Below are positions 50,287 to 62,519 of a stretch of DNA of 64,000 nucleotides, in pieces. Within the stretch, counting starts at the first letter, position 1; every line of letters starts with the position of its first letter. The translations under genes were made by a program, and so were the position numbers. The stretch covers positions 1 to 64,000 of the forward strand of contig NW_005434542.1 of the NCBI RefSeq assembly GCF_000315625.1, read 5' to 3'. The notes beneath the pieces are model-generated. The model was not told where the DNA came from and did no database searches. It saw only the letters and a list, made by a program, of their open reading frames with translations. Source of the stretch: Guillardia theta CCMP2712. Taxonomy: Eukaryota > Protista > Cryptophyta.

Positions 50287-50790
50287 TTATGTAGACCAAC
50301 ACAGCTTGTTTGCACGAAGAAAGTATTTTTGCGCATGGGATCGGACCTGCACAGCCGTGCGAGTTCCAATATAGCTAGCAATCTTTGCAGCAACACCCAC
50401 ACCCAATCCAACACAGACCTGTCCAGTATTGCAATTTATGCGCCCAATACTGTCATAAGATGGGAGGAAGATATCCAACGCCTTGACAAACTTCAAATGC
50501 TCTTCTGCGGTCCATTTGGTGCATTTCTTTTTAAGCGTTTCCACTGCAATCTGTTCTACTTCATCCTGCTTGTTTTCAGACCGGGGTAAGCAAGGTTGCT
50601 TCTTATCCGGGGAGAAATCGTGCTCTTCGAATCTCGTCTCGTCATGACTCAAGGCATTTGATTCATGTTGTTCAAAAGAAGAAATCCAAAGATGAATCTC
50701 TTGTTCCGAAAATCCTTGATCGGTCAATATCTGCACGGCCTGATCGACAGATTCGCCTTCTTGAGGTTCAGCGCTGAATAGTGTGCTCAT
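50287..50790 (-). CDS. SHAQKYF-class MYB-related transcription factor (copy 5)
   Basis: WTAEEHLKFVKAL...QVRSHAQKYF; first ATG 50790. Confidence 0.92.
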   Translation of the reverse strand: MSTLFSAEPQEGESVDQAVQILTDQGFSEQEIHLWISSFEQHESNALSHDETRFEEHDFSPDKKQPCLPRSENKQDEVEQIAVETLKKKCTKWTAEEHLKFVKALDIFLPSYDSIGRINCNTGQVCVGLGVGVAAKIASYIGTRTAVQVRSHAQKYFLRANKLCWST

Positions 50791-51957
50791 GGTAAGGTGC
50801 CCGTCCCTTGAAGTCTGTCTTCGAAGCACACACGTAACAGACAAGAAAGCAATGTGAGGTAGTTTGAAGTTGTTGGGAGGGAGGATGGAGTTGTTGGGAG
50901 GGAGGACTCGGACAAAGGCTGAGGTCGATATTTATCTTTGCTCGGAGCCGGGGAATTCGGAACGGGGGCGTGCGCGGGGGATTTTGCGGAAAGATATCGG
51001 CGACTAACTGTCGGACTATTCCGTTGTAGTTTATAGGGCTCCGAAACGCTCCGATTTCAGTTTACAACATGTCGACAAGGTGCCGTGATTTTCGGAATTG
51101 TTTGAAACTCTTTTAAGAGTGGGCCGGAGTAGAACCTCAGTAGACAGCCCGTCGCCCCGGCCGGGCCCGGCCGGGCCCTCAGCGGCCCCTTTTACAGGGG
51201 CTGCCCGCCCATCACTTTTGTACCAGAATTCAATGTCGGTCCTCAGTTCAAGTAGGTTTGTACCTGGTATTTGTACCATTACTTTCATTTGGTACAGTTA
51301 CTCCTAGAAATGTCTATAAAGATTAGTATCAGTTATCTGGCCTGTCAGTAGATTGGTACTAGGACTGAGCGGTGGAATTTGACCCCTTTGCAATCATACA
51401 GCAGATTGAGGTTCCTTGCCCTCCGGAACCAAAAATGGTACCAAGTCTGAATAATTTATTTGAAAATTTCAAATTTTGGACATGCAACTAGACTACAGTT
51501 CAATTTCAGTTTATTTTTTGTTCCTTAGATTATTACTACAATTGGAGTCCCGGAAAATCTGAAGCCGAGTCGAACCCCACCCTACCCTAGTCATGTTACA
51601 CCACCCACCCCACCCTCCATAACCCTTCCGTCCAACAGGTACGTGAGCGCTCGGGTTCTATATTCGGCCTTTTTGCCTAGATCAGCCCTTCATGACCTGA
51701 GGGGTTGAACGGCAGTCAGGGGTAGGGTACATAGGGTGATGGGGGTGGTGATGGTCATGGTGGGGCACGTAAAATGAAGTATTTCGGTAGCTCTGTAGTA
51801 AAGTACGAAAAGCCTTCAAGAAGTAACTGTTGGCAATGATGACAGGGTCAGCAATTCGCATTACAACTACTCTCCCTCTTCACCCGCCTCCACCACAATC
51901 ATCTCGTCCTCTACCTCCTTGTCCTGCTCCCCTCCGATTCTTGTGCCAACATCCTCC

Positions 51958-52045
51958 TCCTGTACCTCCTGTACCTCCTGTACCTCCTGTACCTCCTGTA
52001 CCTCCTGTACCTCCTGTACCTCCTGTACCTCCTGTACCTCCTCCT
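51958..52045. repeat. (TGTACCTCC)n 9-bp tandem repeat, ~9 copies
   Basis: Directly visible. Confidence 0.92.
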
Positions 52046-52146
52046 CCTGTGCCTCTCGAAACCTGACTCCACCTTTTCTCGATTCTCCCTCGGCCCAGAA
52101 AAAGCGTACTCTTGAAAGTTTCTCTGCGATTCTTGTCAATCTTGAA

Positions 52147-52760
52147 ATGTGGCTCTTAGCGTTGTTCATCTTCACGGTTCTATCCTGGCCCATCAAGAGC
52201 TCTGCGCTCATGAAACGTGTCTTGCAGAAGCTCCTCAAGCGAAGGAGTAAGAAATCTCCGGCGCTCAAGGAAACGAAATCCAACTCCTCAGAGGAACGCT
52301 TTGTCGCCAAGCTGGTTCAGGCAGAAGAGGAGAGAGCCAAGAGGAACCAGAAATTTGTAGAGCAGACTCAAACCAGCGGAGTCGTCATCGTTCACCAGAC
52401 CAAACGTCTTCTCCCCCGTGTTGAAGGCGCAACCTCTCCTCCTCCTGAGGATCCAGCGCATCATGAGATGAGCAGAGCGCGTCCGGCGCATCCCCGAGTG
52501 TTGAGCAGCAGCGGGAGCAGATATTATGCTAACGTGAGTCTTTGATGCATCCCTCCTGCACTTGCTGACTTGCTGCGCAGTTGTTGTCCAGAAAGCACAC
52601 CTGCATGCCCGGCCTCGCCTCCCCGATCCGCCAGAGCTCCTTGAGAACGACCTCGGAGAATCCGATGCGAAGGGCACCCTCCAGCGAGTCGCTTTCCGCT
52701 CCCTCAGCACCCCCGCAGAGAATCAGGAAGTCTCGCTCATTCGAGTCCCTCGTGAGATAA
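52147..52760 (+). CDS. Small two-exon basic/Ser-rich hypothetical protein
   Basis: ORF to a GTGAGT donor at ~52534, CAG acceptor ~52580, second exon ending ...SFESLVR-stop. Confidence 0.45.
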
Positions 52761-52989
52761 TCCGGGTGGGAGGAGGAGCGAGGTAGGATGTGTAGATATG
52801 TAATCATGTGCAAGAATACAAGTTAAGCTTTCTCGTATCTCCCTCCTGTCCGCTGCCTTTCATGCTTGTTGATTGCCGATATGACAGCTCTACTCGCTCT
52901 CCTAGTCATCAGGAGCGAGGTTAAGGACTTTGTCCGTGTTCCTGCCAGTACAGATCAGCGCACATGGAGCTGCAGCAGCAGCAAAAGCG

Positions 52990-55900
52990 TTACCATGCCA
53001 AGAACACTTGCTTCTCCTCATGGTAGACGAAGCACATCTTATCGTTGATGAGATCAGCTCCTGCTGCTCGCTGCAAGCAAGCATGTCCTCTGATGCACAT
53101 CCACACCTCGATCGGATATTGCATCATCATCCCCAGCCCTCCCGTCTGTGCAGTGCCGTTGTTCACCAGCGCCGTAAGCTCCATCCACCCCCTGCTATCG
53201 ATGCACTCGGCGTACTGGAGGAACTCGGAAGCTGCCCAGGGCTGTGGGATGTTCCAGCTGACGGCAGCGAGGGAGGCGTTGAAGGAGCAGAGGAGGGAGC
53301 CGTTGCGGTAGCTGGCGGCGAAGCCCTCGGAGCAGCTCTCGCAGGCGACCCCCTCGTACCCCAGGAAGCAATCGCAGGCTCCGCTGCCGCTCAGGCACTT
53401 CCCCCTGCTGTTGCAGACGCGGTCGAGAGAGGCGATGGGGCAGCTGAGAGAGGTTGTCTGACAGTCGGCGATGCAACAGCCTTCGTTCAGCCCGCAAACT
53501 TCTCCGACCTCGCACACGCCGTTGCCGCACACTCCGCTCCGCTCAACGGTAGCTGAGGAAGACAGGATCAGCGAGCTGTCGGCCAGAAGCTGTCGTGCTA
53601 GGAGAGCTGAGAAGGGGTACGACCCGTTCATGACCCCCACGCTCAGTGAAACTGTCACGTCCACGGCATCCGAGAGAAGGCGACGAGCAGCGGGGGAGGA
53701 GGAGGCGACGACCTGCAAGACCTGGAAGGAGGAGGAGTTGATGAGGAGGGAGGAGGAGAGACTCGACGTGATGTTCTGCACCAGCGCCCCGAGCTTGGCG
53801 AACTCCAGCACGTCCGAGCTCGAGGTCACTGGCACGCTGAAGGAAAGGAGGGCCCCGCAGCTGCTCCCGTCCCCATCGCAGACCCCGCACTCGTCTACCG
53901 CTCCTCTCTCGCAGCAGTAGCCCGACGAGTCCAGCTGCGAGGAGGAGCAGCAGATCCCCGACAGGTCCACCAACGTGCTCGTCCCGTTGCACACGCCGCA
54001 GGCGTCCACCCACCCCTCACAGCATCGGCCGTCTGCCCCGAGCTCCTTCTCACAGCACTTCCCCTCCGCATCCACCACCCCCTCGCAGCACTTGCCATCG
54101 TGGTCATAGAGACCGGTGCTGCATGCCCTCTGGTCGGCGCTGCACTTTGCCCCAGTCCATCCCTCCTGGCACTCGCATTTGAGGTCGACGCTGCAAGTGC
54201 CGTGACCGCTACAGTCTACCTCCTCGCACTGCCGCCCGCACGCCGGGACCTCACAGTAGCCGGACGTCCGGGGCTTCGGCAAGCTCGCGCAGAGCTCGTC
54301 AGACACAACACTTCCTTCCGTCACTGAGTAGCACGACGCTGCTCGCGTCTTCGTCTCCAGCCCGCACCCTCCCGAGCATGTGCTCCACTCGCCGACGAAC
54401 CAGGCGAAGCGAGCGCAGTCGACCTTGTTGCACGTCTGAAGCACCGCAGGTTTCGCCCGGAGCGACAGGCAGGCCGCATCCTCCACCTCCTCCTTCGTCG
54501 CCACCCTCACGCACCTCACCGTCCGGTTCTGGTACCCTCCTCCGCACGTGGCATTGCACTGCTGCCAGGCGTCGACACTCCAGCTGAAGTTTGCGGGGGC
54601 ATCGCAGGAGAATCCTTGGCAGCTTGCCTGATCCGCCGGCCTCTCATCGAGCTGGCAGAGCGACCCAAGAACAGGCAGGCCCGAGCTGGACATGCATGTC
54701 ACCTGTCTCGTCATGCTGCCGGGCCCGCACGTGCTGCTGCAGGAGGACCAGGCGGTCGCTCGCCACTGGTACGACTGGCATGCGATCATGCCGCAAGTCT
54801 GCCATCCTGCTGGCCTCGTGCTGGGGTCGCAGCTGCTGTCCTCCTGCACGACGCCGTTGCGGTCGACGCACTCGACGCTCCTGGTCTGGCTCCCTCCCCC
54901 GCACGTCGCCGAGCACGCGCCCCAGGCTCCAGGCCGCCAGCCAAAGGAGCCGCAGGGCACGTCGAAGCAAGCCTGCGAGGACGGGAGCGAAGGGAGCTGC
55001 AGGGCGAGGCAGTGAGCATGCGGGAGAAGCTCGGCAGGCCTGCGGACGGGGGCCATGAAGTCACGGTTGATCTTAGTGCAGTCCTGCACAGGCTTGAAGT
55101 TGCTCCGGTAGTTCACCGTCCCCGTGCGGTACTGGCGGCAGTTGTTCTCGTCCAAGAAGCAGGGGCTCAGCCTACCCCCCCCATCCACGAAGAGGGAGAG
55201 GTCCCACTGGCTGCACTTCTGTTGCCTCCCGTCCTTGCTCAGGGGGTGCTGACTGCAGTTCACTGCCATGGTGCAGAAACGCGGGTCCGGGTATTTCTCC
55301 ATGGAGACCGTCGGCTGCTCCCAGCGTTCGTCCCTCATGCAGGACACAGTCCGGGTGCGGTAGCCCAGCCCACATGAGGAGGAGCAGGAGGACCAGGAGG
55401 AGGCGAGCAGGGCGTAGTGGGGGCGGATGGTGAAGGGCTCGCTGTAGTTGGTTCCGGCAGCTCCTGAGATGGTGAGGAAGTACTTGTCCGACTCCCCAGG
55501 CACCCTCGGCACGAGAACCTCCAGCATGCCCGTGTTGGGGGTCGCGAGCGCGAGCAGGGCGACGCGCTGCTCCTTGCCGCCGCAGTCTGTCAAGTGCCAC
55601 AGCGACACCTGCACAAACTGTCTCGCTCCGGCCCCAGCAGCGTCCCACCTGACCATCCTCCTCTCTCCCTCCCCCCACACGTCCCCTGCCCGGGGGGAGG
55701 TAACAGCTGGAGGACCGTAGAAGCCCTGCTGAAGTAGGAGGACGGAGGGGCGGGAGGGGAGGCTCAGGTTGACGCAAGTCTGCTGCATCCTCGTCCTCTC
55801 ACTGAGGAAGGGCAGCAGCGCCCGGTACTTGTGCGCCTCCTCCCGCGGCTGCCCCGTGTACTCCAGCGCCCCCCAACTGCCATACTGCGTCGGGTTCCCG

Positions 55901-58900
55901 ACGCTGGAGAAGTGCATCCAGGGGGAGCGGGGGGAGAGGAGGCCGGAGGCGTTGAGGCGAGAGAGGAGGGAGCGGTAGATGTCGCCCATGCGCGGGGAGC
56001 GATGGGCCTCTATGAACTTCCTGGTGAGGGAGGCGGTGAAGGAGCCGGAGGAGATGGCGCTCGCTTCCACCAGTCCCGGTCCAGCCTCGTAGAACCCGAC
56101 AGGGATGTTGTACTGGTCGGCGATGTTCTTGTGCTCCTGGTAGGACGCGATGACGTCATCAACACTCTTCTCGCACTCGTCCAAGATCGCCGCGACCGTC
56201 ATCGTCAGCGCCTGCGTCTTCCTGTCCGAGCCCAGCCCCCGGCAGTCCAGGTAGCCAGTGGTGGCCAGCAAGTCCGTCGCCCTCCACGTCTCGTTGAACT
56301 GCAGCATCGTCGTGGTCGTCCTCGGGCTGATCGCCCACGTGCTCAGCACACGGACCACGCGCGACGGCTCCTCCTTGAACTCTTCCCTCCACATGTCCCA
56401 GATCTGCCTGCTCCTCAGCGCGTTGTACCTCCACCTGGCCTCGTTCTTGTCCGAGCTCAGCCCCAGCTCTAGCCCTCTCTGCTCGCAGTAGGCTCCTGAC
56501 TTGTGGCCGCTCGTCCAGACCTCGTTGCTGTGCTCCACGTAGACTTTCACGTCCTTCCTTAGCGTCTCCCGCACCAGCCTCGCCATCTGCCGCACGTAGT
56601 CGTCGCTGGCAGTGTGGGGGATGCAGAACCAGGGGGAGGAGCGGAGGATGTTGGAAACGCTGATCATGTGCTCCAGCGCCATCCCAGCGTCCTTGAGCTT
56701 GTTCACGTTGGCCTGCGACGCGAAGTCCGTCCTTGTCCTGTCCTTCCACTCCTGCACAGTTGCGTCGTTGGTCCCCTGCCAGTCCATGAAGCGCAGGATG
56801 CCGAAGGGAGCGATGTCTCTGAGGAACCAGGGATGGAACTCAGAATGCGAGCCCAGCGACGCGAGCCCAGGAGCGAGGATGCGGATGTTTCTGATGGGGT
56901 CACGAGGGTCGCTCTCCTCGATCTTCAGGTACATCCCGTTGTCCCCGCAGTACGCCTGGAACGACTCTGCGCAGGTCCAGTCGACGGAGGGGCGGAAGAC
57001 TACCTCCATCCTGTTCTTGGACCTCGTGACCACCTTGGAGTCGAACCCGAAGGTCATCGACCCCTTCCCCTCGTACTCCACGGTGAAGGTGCCCGTAGGC
57101 GCATGCTGCAGTACGTTCCTCATCAGCAGCTTTCCCAGCGCCTGCCTTGGCCCTAGCCGCACGGGCCATCCCTTGCCGTCCACGTAGATCGGCTCTCCCG
57201 TATCCCACGCTCCAGGGCCCATGTCATCCGCTCTGTGCGCGAACCACTCGCTGCTCTGCTTCATCGCGTCGGTGAATATCCACTGGGTACTCCAGTATGC
57301 AGCTCCTCCAAGGTTCAGACCGACTCCCGTCCTCCCATCGCTCTCGTTCTTCAGGACCTCGCATGCCCTGCCCTCCGCCCCCACCCAGCACAGGCAGCTG
57401 CCGTGGTGGCACGTCCCGTGCTGGCATGCCGGCAAGCAGCCGCACTCGCCGGGCCCGATGCACTCGACGCCGTCGGGGCAGTCACAGTCCCACTCGCAAC
57501 CCCCAGCTCCCGCCCGCCAGCCCTTGTCGCAGATGCACGAGGACTGGTCAGCGCTGCACCTGCCGTGACCGTTGCAGGAGCAGTCAAACTCGCAGTGGTC
57601 GCCGGCGTATCCCGGGTAGCAGCTGCAGACATCAAGATCGATTGCCTCCCCGTTGCCGTTGCATGTGTCGTTGAAGAGACTGCAGGTCACCCCGAAGAAC
57701 CCATCCTCGCAGTGACACCCGAAGTAGCGCGTTATCTCGTCCTCCGTCCTCAAGAGATCGCAGCTCCCCTGGTCGAACGTGCACTTGTACCCGCAGTCCA
57801 CCACGTCCATGTACCGGATGACGCTACAGTCGCTCCCCTCATACCCGTAGTAGCAGGCGCAGGCACCTGACGACAGACACTCTCCGTGAGAGGAGCAGTT
57901 GTTGGGACAGCCGCCGTACGGCCTGATGATGCAGTTGAACTCGTCCTCCATGTGCTGCAGGAGCGCCTGGTACTTGTACGCGAACGCCCTGTTCTGGTCC
58001 GTGGCCTCCAGCAGACCCCAGCTGCCGTACTTGCTGGGCCTTCCAGCAGAGCTGAAGTGCATCTTGATCCCGCGCATACCGATGTTGAGCATGTCCTTGT
58101 AGTACATCTGGTACATCAGCCCCATCCTCTCGTCCCTGTTCGCCAGGATCCCGAGGTCCTTGGCTGATCCGTCGCCCACCAGACTCTGACCTGACTCGTA
58201 CAGCACCAGCGTCTTGTTGTAGCGTGACGCGATGCGGCCATGCTCGACGAGCAAGGCCCTGCCCTCGGCGATGGACTTGGGGATGGTCTCTCGGAAGAGG
58301 ATGTCAAGGGTGAGGGAGGCGTTCTTGGGGTCGTAACCACCGAAGTAGGGAGCGATCCCGACGACGTCGATGTCCTTGTAAGCGTCTTGGCACGAGAGCA
58401 GCTTGTCAGTCACGATCGTCCAGACGGCCTGAGTGGAGGCGACAACAATGACACGATCGGCTTCCGCTCCGAACACTTGCTTCCAGATCCTGGCGATCTG
58501 CGCTGTCCTGTAGCCGATGTAGCAGAAGCGTGCCTCGTTCGCATCTCCTCCGTACCATCCTCCCTGCTGCAACCCGAGCTGCAGTCCCATGAGCTGGGCG
58601 TACTTCCCTCCTTCGAACCCCGTGTGCCATGCCTCGTTGGTCCACTCCAGGTACACCTGAGCCGCGTGAGAGGGAGTGCGAGGAGAGGCTCTTCCTTACC
58701 TTGACGTCCTTGCGGAGGGTCGACAGCACCAGCCCCGCCATCTCCCGCACGAACTCGTCGTCGGCATTGTACGGGACGGTGAACCAGGGGTCAGCCCCGA
58801 TCTCATTGGCCAGCCGCACCATGAGCTCGATCGGAACTCCGTCCCTCCAGATCTTGACCGTCGAGTTCCCCGTCGTCCCGTCCGGTTCCATGTTGTACTG

Positions 58901-61739
58901 AATGTCGCCAGCGTACGTTCGGTCGTTCACTTTCGTCCTGTGCGCCCAGCTGCCCGACTGCTGCACGTTTGCTCTCGACCAATCCATGAAGCGGAGGGCC
59001 CGGTAGTGCTCGATGCTCTGGAGGTACCAGGGGTGGAAGGGGAAGCTCTTGGCCCTGTGCTCGAATCCGGGCATGATGACGCGGATGTTGCGGATGGGGT
59101 CGGCCGGGTTCGTTCGCTCGATGACGAGGAAGAAGCCGTTGTTGAAGACGGTAGACGGCTGAACCTCTACTTCCATCCTCCCGACTCCTCTCCTCACGCT
59201 CTTGATGTCCGACATGATCGGCGACAGGATCCCGTCGCCGTCGTAGGTCACCACGTACACCCCAGCAGGGGCATGCCCGTACAAGTCACGGATCATCATC
59301 GTGCCGACCCTCTGGTTGGGCTTCAGGCGAGTGGGGTAGTCGTTGTCTCCCAGCTGCAGCAGAGTCAGGGCCCAGCAGCAGCTCAGCAGGGAGCCAGCTC
59401 AGACATCACTCACCTCGATCGGGATGCCGGTGGCCCACGTGAAGGAGGTGAAGTCCTGCGGGATCCAGTCCCTGCTGGCCTTGAACACGTCGACGAACGT
59501 CCACTCGGTTGACCAGTCGCTGATCCCTCCCACGTTCATGCCGATGTCATGCTCGCACTGGTTCGGACGCGGAACTACCTCCGTGCAGCTCGCGCCAGCA
59601 AATCCCCTCCAGCACTCGCACGCCCCCTGCCAGCAAGTGCCGTGCACGCAGGCCGGGGAGCAGGGGACTTCTGCCTCCTGGTGGAGGTCAGCTGACGTGA
59701 AGGGCTCGATGAGAGGGACGCCGTTGATGTAGTTCTTGACTGCCCGCAGCTTGGGGGAGTCAGACAAACTCTCCATGAGGCCGTTGTTAGCGCAGTCCTT
59801 CCCTCCCGTCGGGCAGATCCCCGCGGGCTTGTAGAGCTCGGAGGTCACGAAGACGCCTCCTCCTATCCTCCGCCAGCGCTCGATGAAGTCCATGTAGATC
59901 CCCGTCATCCGAGGGTGCCGACTGGCATTGATCAGCTTCTGCTCCAGCTGAAGCTCGAGAGCAGCGTTCGCCGTCGCTGTCACCAGCGTGGTGGAGGCAG
60001 TGAGCGGCCCGTCCAGCACGCCATAGCCGTAGGTAGTCTCGCAAGGAAACACGTCGCGCGATATGCACATCTGGATGTTGTACACAGCAGCTCTGTGGCC
60101 GAAGGACCTTGCGTTGACCCACGAGCCGCCTCTGTACGCGAGGACCGGAACGTCCGGCCTCCCGGTCTTGATCAGGTAAATGGCGCGAAACCTCTGAATC
60201 AGCGTGTTGAGTTTCTGCTCGGAGTGCATGGAGTTTTCCCTCATCAGGTCAAGAATCTCGTTCACTGTGATGTTGGGATGCTTCAGGGGGAAGTCGAAGT
60301 CTTGGAACCATTCCCCCGTCGGGTCGTTGACAACGTCGGTCGTCTCCATCCCAAACTTCGCGCTGACTCCGAACGCGTCCACGAACTGAAGGTCAGAGCC
60401 GAAGTGGTCGGTGATCTCGGACACGAATTTGGTCGTGCTCACGACCCGCACCAGTCGAGGGACTGACATGTTGGACGCCCGCAGGTCATTGAAAGTCTTC
60501 GTCCATGCTCGGAACACGGCAAGTGACTTGGTTTTGTCCCAGTTGGCGTATCCTGTCCCCGAGCTCCACTCCACGTACACCTGGAGCGAGGGATCGAGAG
60601 TCGTCCCCACCAGAGTGGCGAACTTGGAGTTGTAGTCGTCAAACACATCTGTGCTGCTGACTGACTCGGGAGAAGGAGGAGGCATGCAGAACCAGGGAGA
60701 GGCATGAAGGGTGTTTGCAAGCTCGACCATGAGCTCGATCGCAACCCCTGGATCCACGACTGTCTTGTCCGCCGCCCCTGTCAGGACGTCGTCACGAGCC
60801 TTCCGCCATTGCTGGTGCCCCTGAGGCCCCTCGGGCAGAGCTCGGTGCTTCCAGAGCCGAGGAGCGTTGTTGGCCGGCCCGTCGTCACCGGGCCTGACAG
60901 TCTCCTGCCAGAACCCGAACCGGATAACCTGTAGTCCCCGCAGAGCTTCCAAGAACACGCTGGTGAAAGTGCTGGTGGAGAGGAAGTCCGGGCCATCCAG
61001 AGGGAGGATGCGGATGTTGCGAACCGGGTTTGTCTCGTTGGTGCGGACGATGCGGACCTCAACCCCGATCGCGGGGCTGACTGAGATGTAAATGTCTCGA
61101 GCATCGGAGTACTTGTCGTTGGGGACCCTCGGTATCACAGAAGCGTCTCCTCCGAACTGTATCTCCCCCTCGCCATCATACAGCACCACGTAGTTCCCAG
61201 CAGGGGTGTGGTTCCCGTATCGCCCGATGAAGGCTACGGCCTGGTCGAACTCCCCGGCATTCTTGTAGTACAACTTGGAAGGATAGGTCGGGCAGGTGGC
61301 TCCCCCGTCGATTCCTCCTTCCCCGCAAGCAGTTGTGTACGGCGGGGTCGAAGGAGTGTTGAAGCGATAAGTGATCATGTTACACACCAACTTCTTCGAG
61401 CCGTCAAGCCTGCAGGAGCTGTAGTACCTGTAGACCCACGGCATCAGGCGTGAAGGGGAGAGGACTGGAAGGGGAGGACAGGAGGGGAGGGGAGCTAGAG
61501 GAGGGCAGAGCAGAGCAGAGCAGAGCAGAGCAGAGCAGAGCAGAGCAGAGCAGATTTCTTTCATACCAGGGCGAGACGTGCATGAAGAGATCTCGAAATA
61601 CTCCAACGTCCACGGTGGAGAAATCAGGCCAGCCAGATGCCGACAAGGCAAAGCTGGGCTCGATGGGAGGAAGGTTTGCTCCGAGGGGACCCGGCTGAGC
61701 TGATATGCATGGAAATACGACGAGGAAAAGGAATAACAT
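52990..61739 (-). CDS. Giant (~2,800 aa) secreted protein: three glycoside-hydrolase-like barrels, EGF-like repeats, Ig-like module, ~5 TSP1 repeats, Cys-rich repeats
   Basis: Signal peptide MLFLFLVVFPCISA; 4 exons (introns ~61566-61428, ~59413-59355, ~58699-58657); repeated RFMDW / ExMVxLAN..PWF / VYVE.SNE.W / YE.G / YGSWG motifs; WxxCSxTCGGG TSP1 motifs; CxGHGxC EGF motifs. Confidence 0.88.
61505..61553. repeat. (CAGAG)n microsatellite in intron 1 of the giant gene
   Basis: ~10 units. Confidence 0.93.
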
Positions 61740-62094
61740 GCATTGTTTCGGCATTGTCATCAGATTTCTTGAAAGGATTTCACTTGAATGCTCAGATGGC
61801 ATCAGTTAACACAAAAAAAGGATGAAGAAAGAACCCAAGGGGGTACGAGAAGGAAACAACAAGGAGTTATGTGTTATGGTATCATATCATACTCCACTCT
61901 CCGCGCCTGATCGTTCCATCTCCTGCCTCTCCTCTCTCCTCATCTTCTACCATACTCCTTGTTCCTTGTCCGCCTGTCGTCTCCCTAGCCCACTGGATAC
62001 GTAAAATAAAAAAACTCATTCCCCCTCTTTGACCACCCCCTTGTTCCCAGAAAACCACCCCCTCCCTACACATCGACAGTATATCTCAAGCATT

Positions 62095-62335
62095 ACCCCT
62101 ACCCCCTTTAGACTGGTTGGTCTCGACCCATTTTGCTACCCCTACCCCCTTTAGACTAGTTGGTCTTGACCCCCTTTGAGACTGGTTGGTCCTGACCCCC
62201 TTTGATAACCCTTACTCTTACCCCGTTGAGGACGGTTGGTCCCAACACCTACCCCCTTGAGACGTGCTGGTCTTAACCCCTACCCCCTTGAGACTGGTTG
62301 GTCTCAACCCCTACCCCCTTTAGACTGGTTGGTCG
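62095..62335. repeat. ~31-bp minisatellite (CCCTACCCCCTTGAGACTGGTTGGTCTCAA), ~7 degenerate copies
   Basis: Directly visible; the consensus has a GAGAC..GTCTC inverted repeat. Confidence 0.85.
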
Positions 62336-62389
62336 TGGAAAGTAAAAAATCGGTCAGCCTGGCTGATCTTGAGGTGACCAATTTTTACT

Positions 62390-62481
62390 AAACTTCAAAC
62401 TTCAAACTTCAAACTTCAAACTTCAAACTTCAAACTTCAAAAATTCAAACTTCAAACTTCAAACTTCAAACTTCAAACTTC
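62390..62481. repeat. (AAACTTC)13 heptamer array
   Basis: 12 perfect units plus one 8-nt variant, ending in AACCCTAG. Confidence 0.93.
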
Positions 62482-62519
62482 AACCCTAGGCAGCAGCAGA
62501 GGCAGTAGTACAAGAGTAC

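Noticed and set aside
51867-52310. Minus-strand ORF with EVQ repeats (and plus-strand CTS/PPV repeats)
   Set aside because: Product of the 9-bp tandem repeat; the plus-strand spliced gene downstream explains the coding signal better
52930-61100. Numerous 100-280 aa plus-strand ORFs
   Set aside because: Antisense shadows of the GC-rich giant minus-strand CDS
62095-62335. ~31-bp palindromic repeats resembling a CRISPR array
   Set aside because: Units are degenerate and mostly abut, there are no unique equal-length spacers and no cas genes, and the context is eukaryotic
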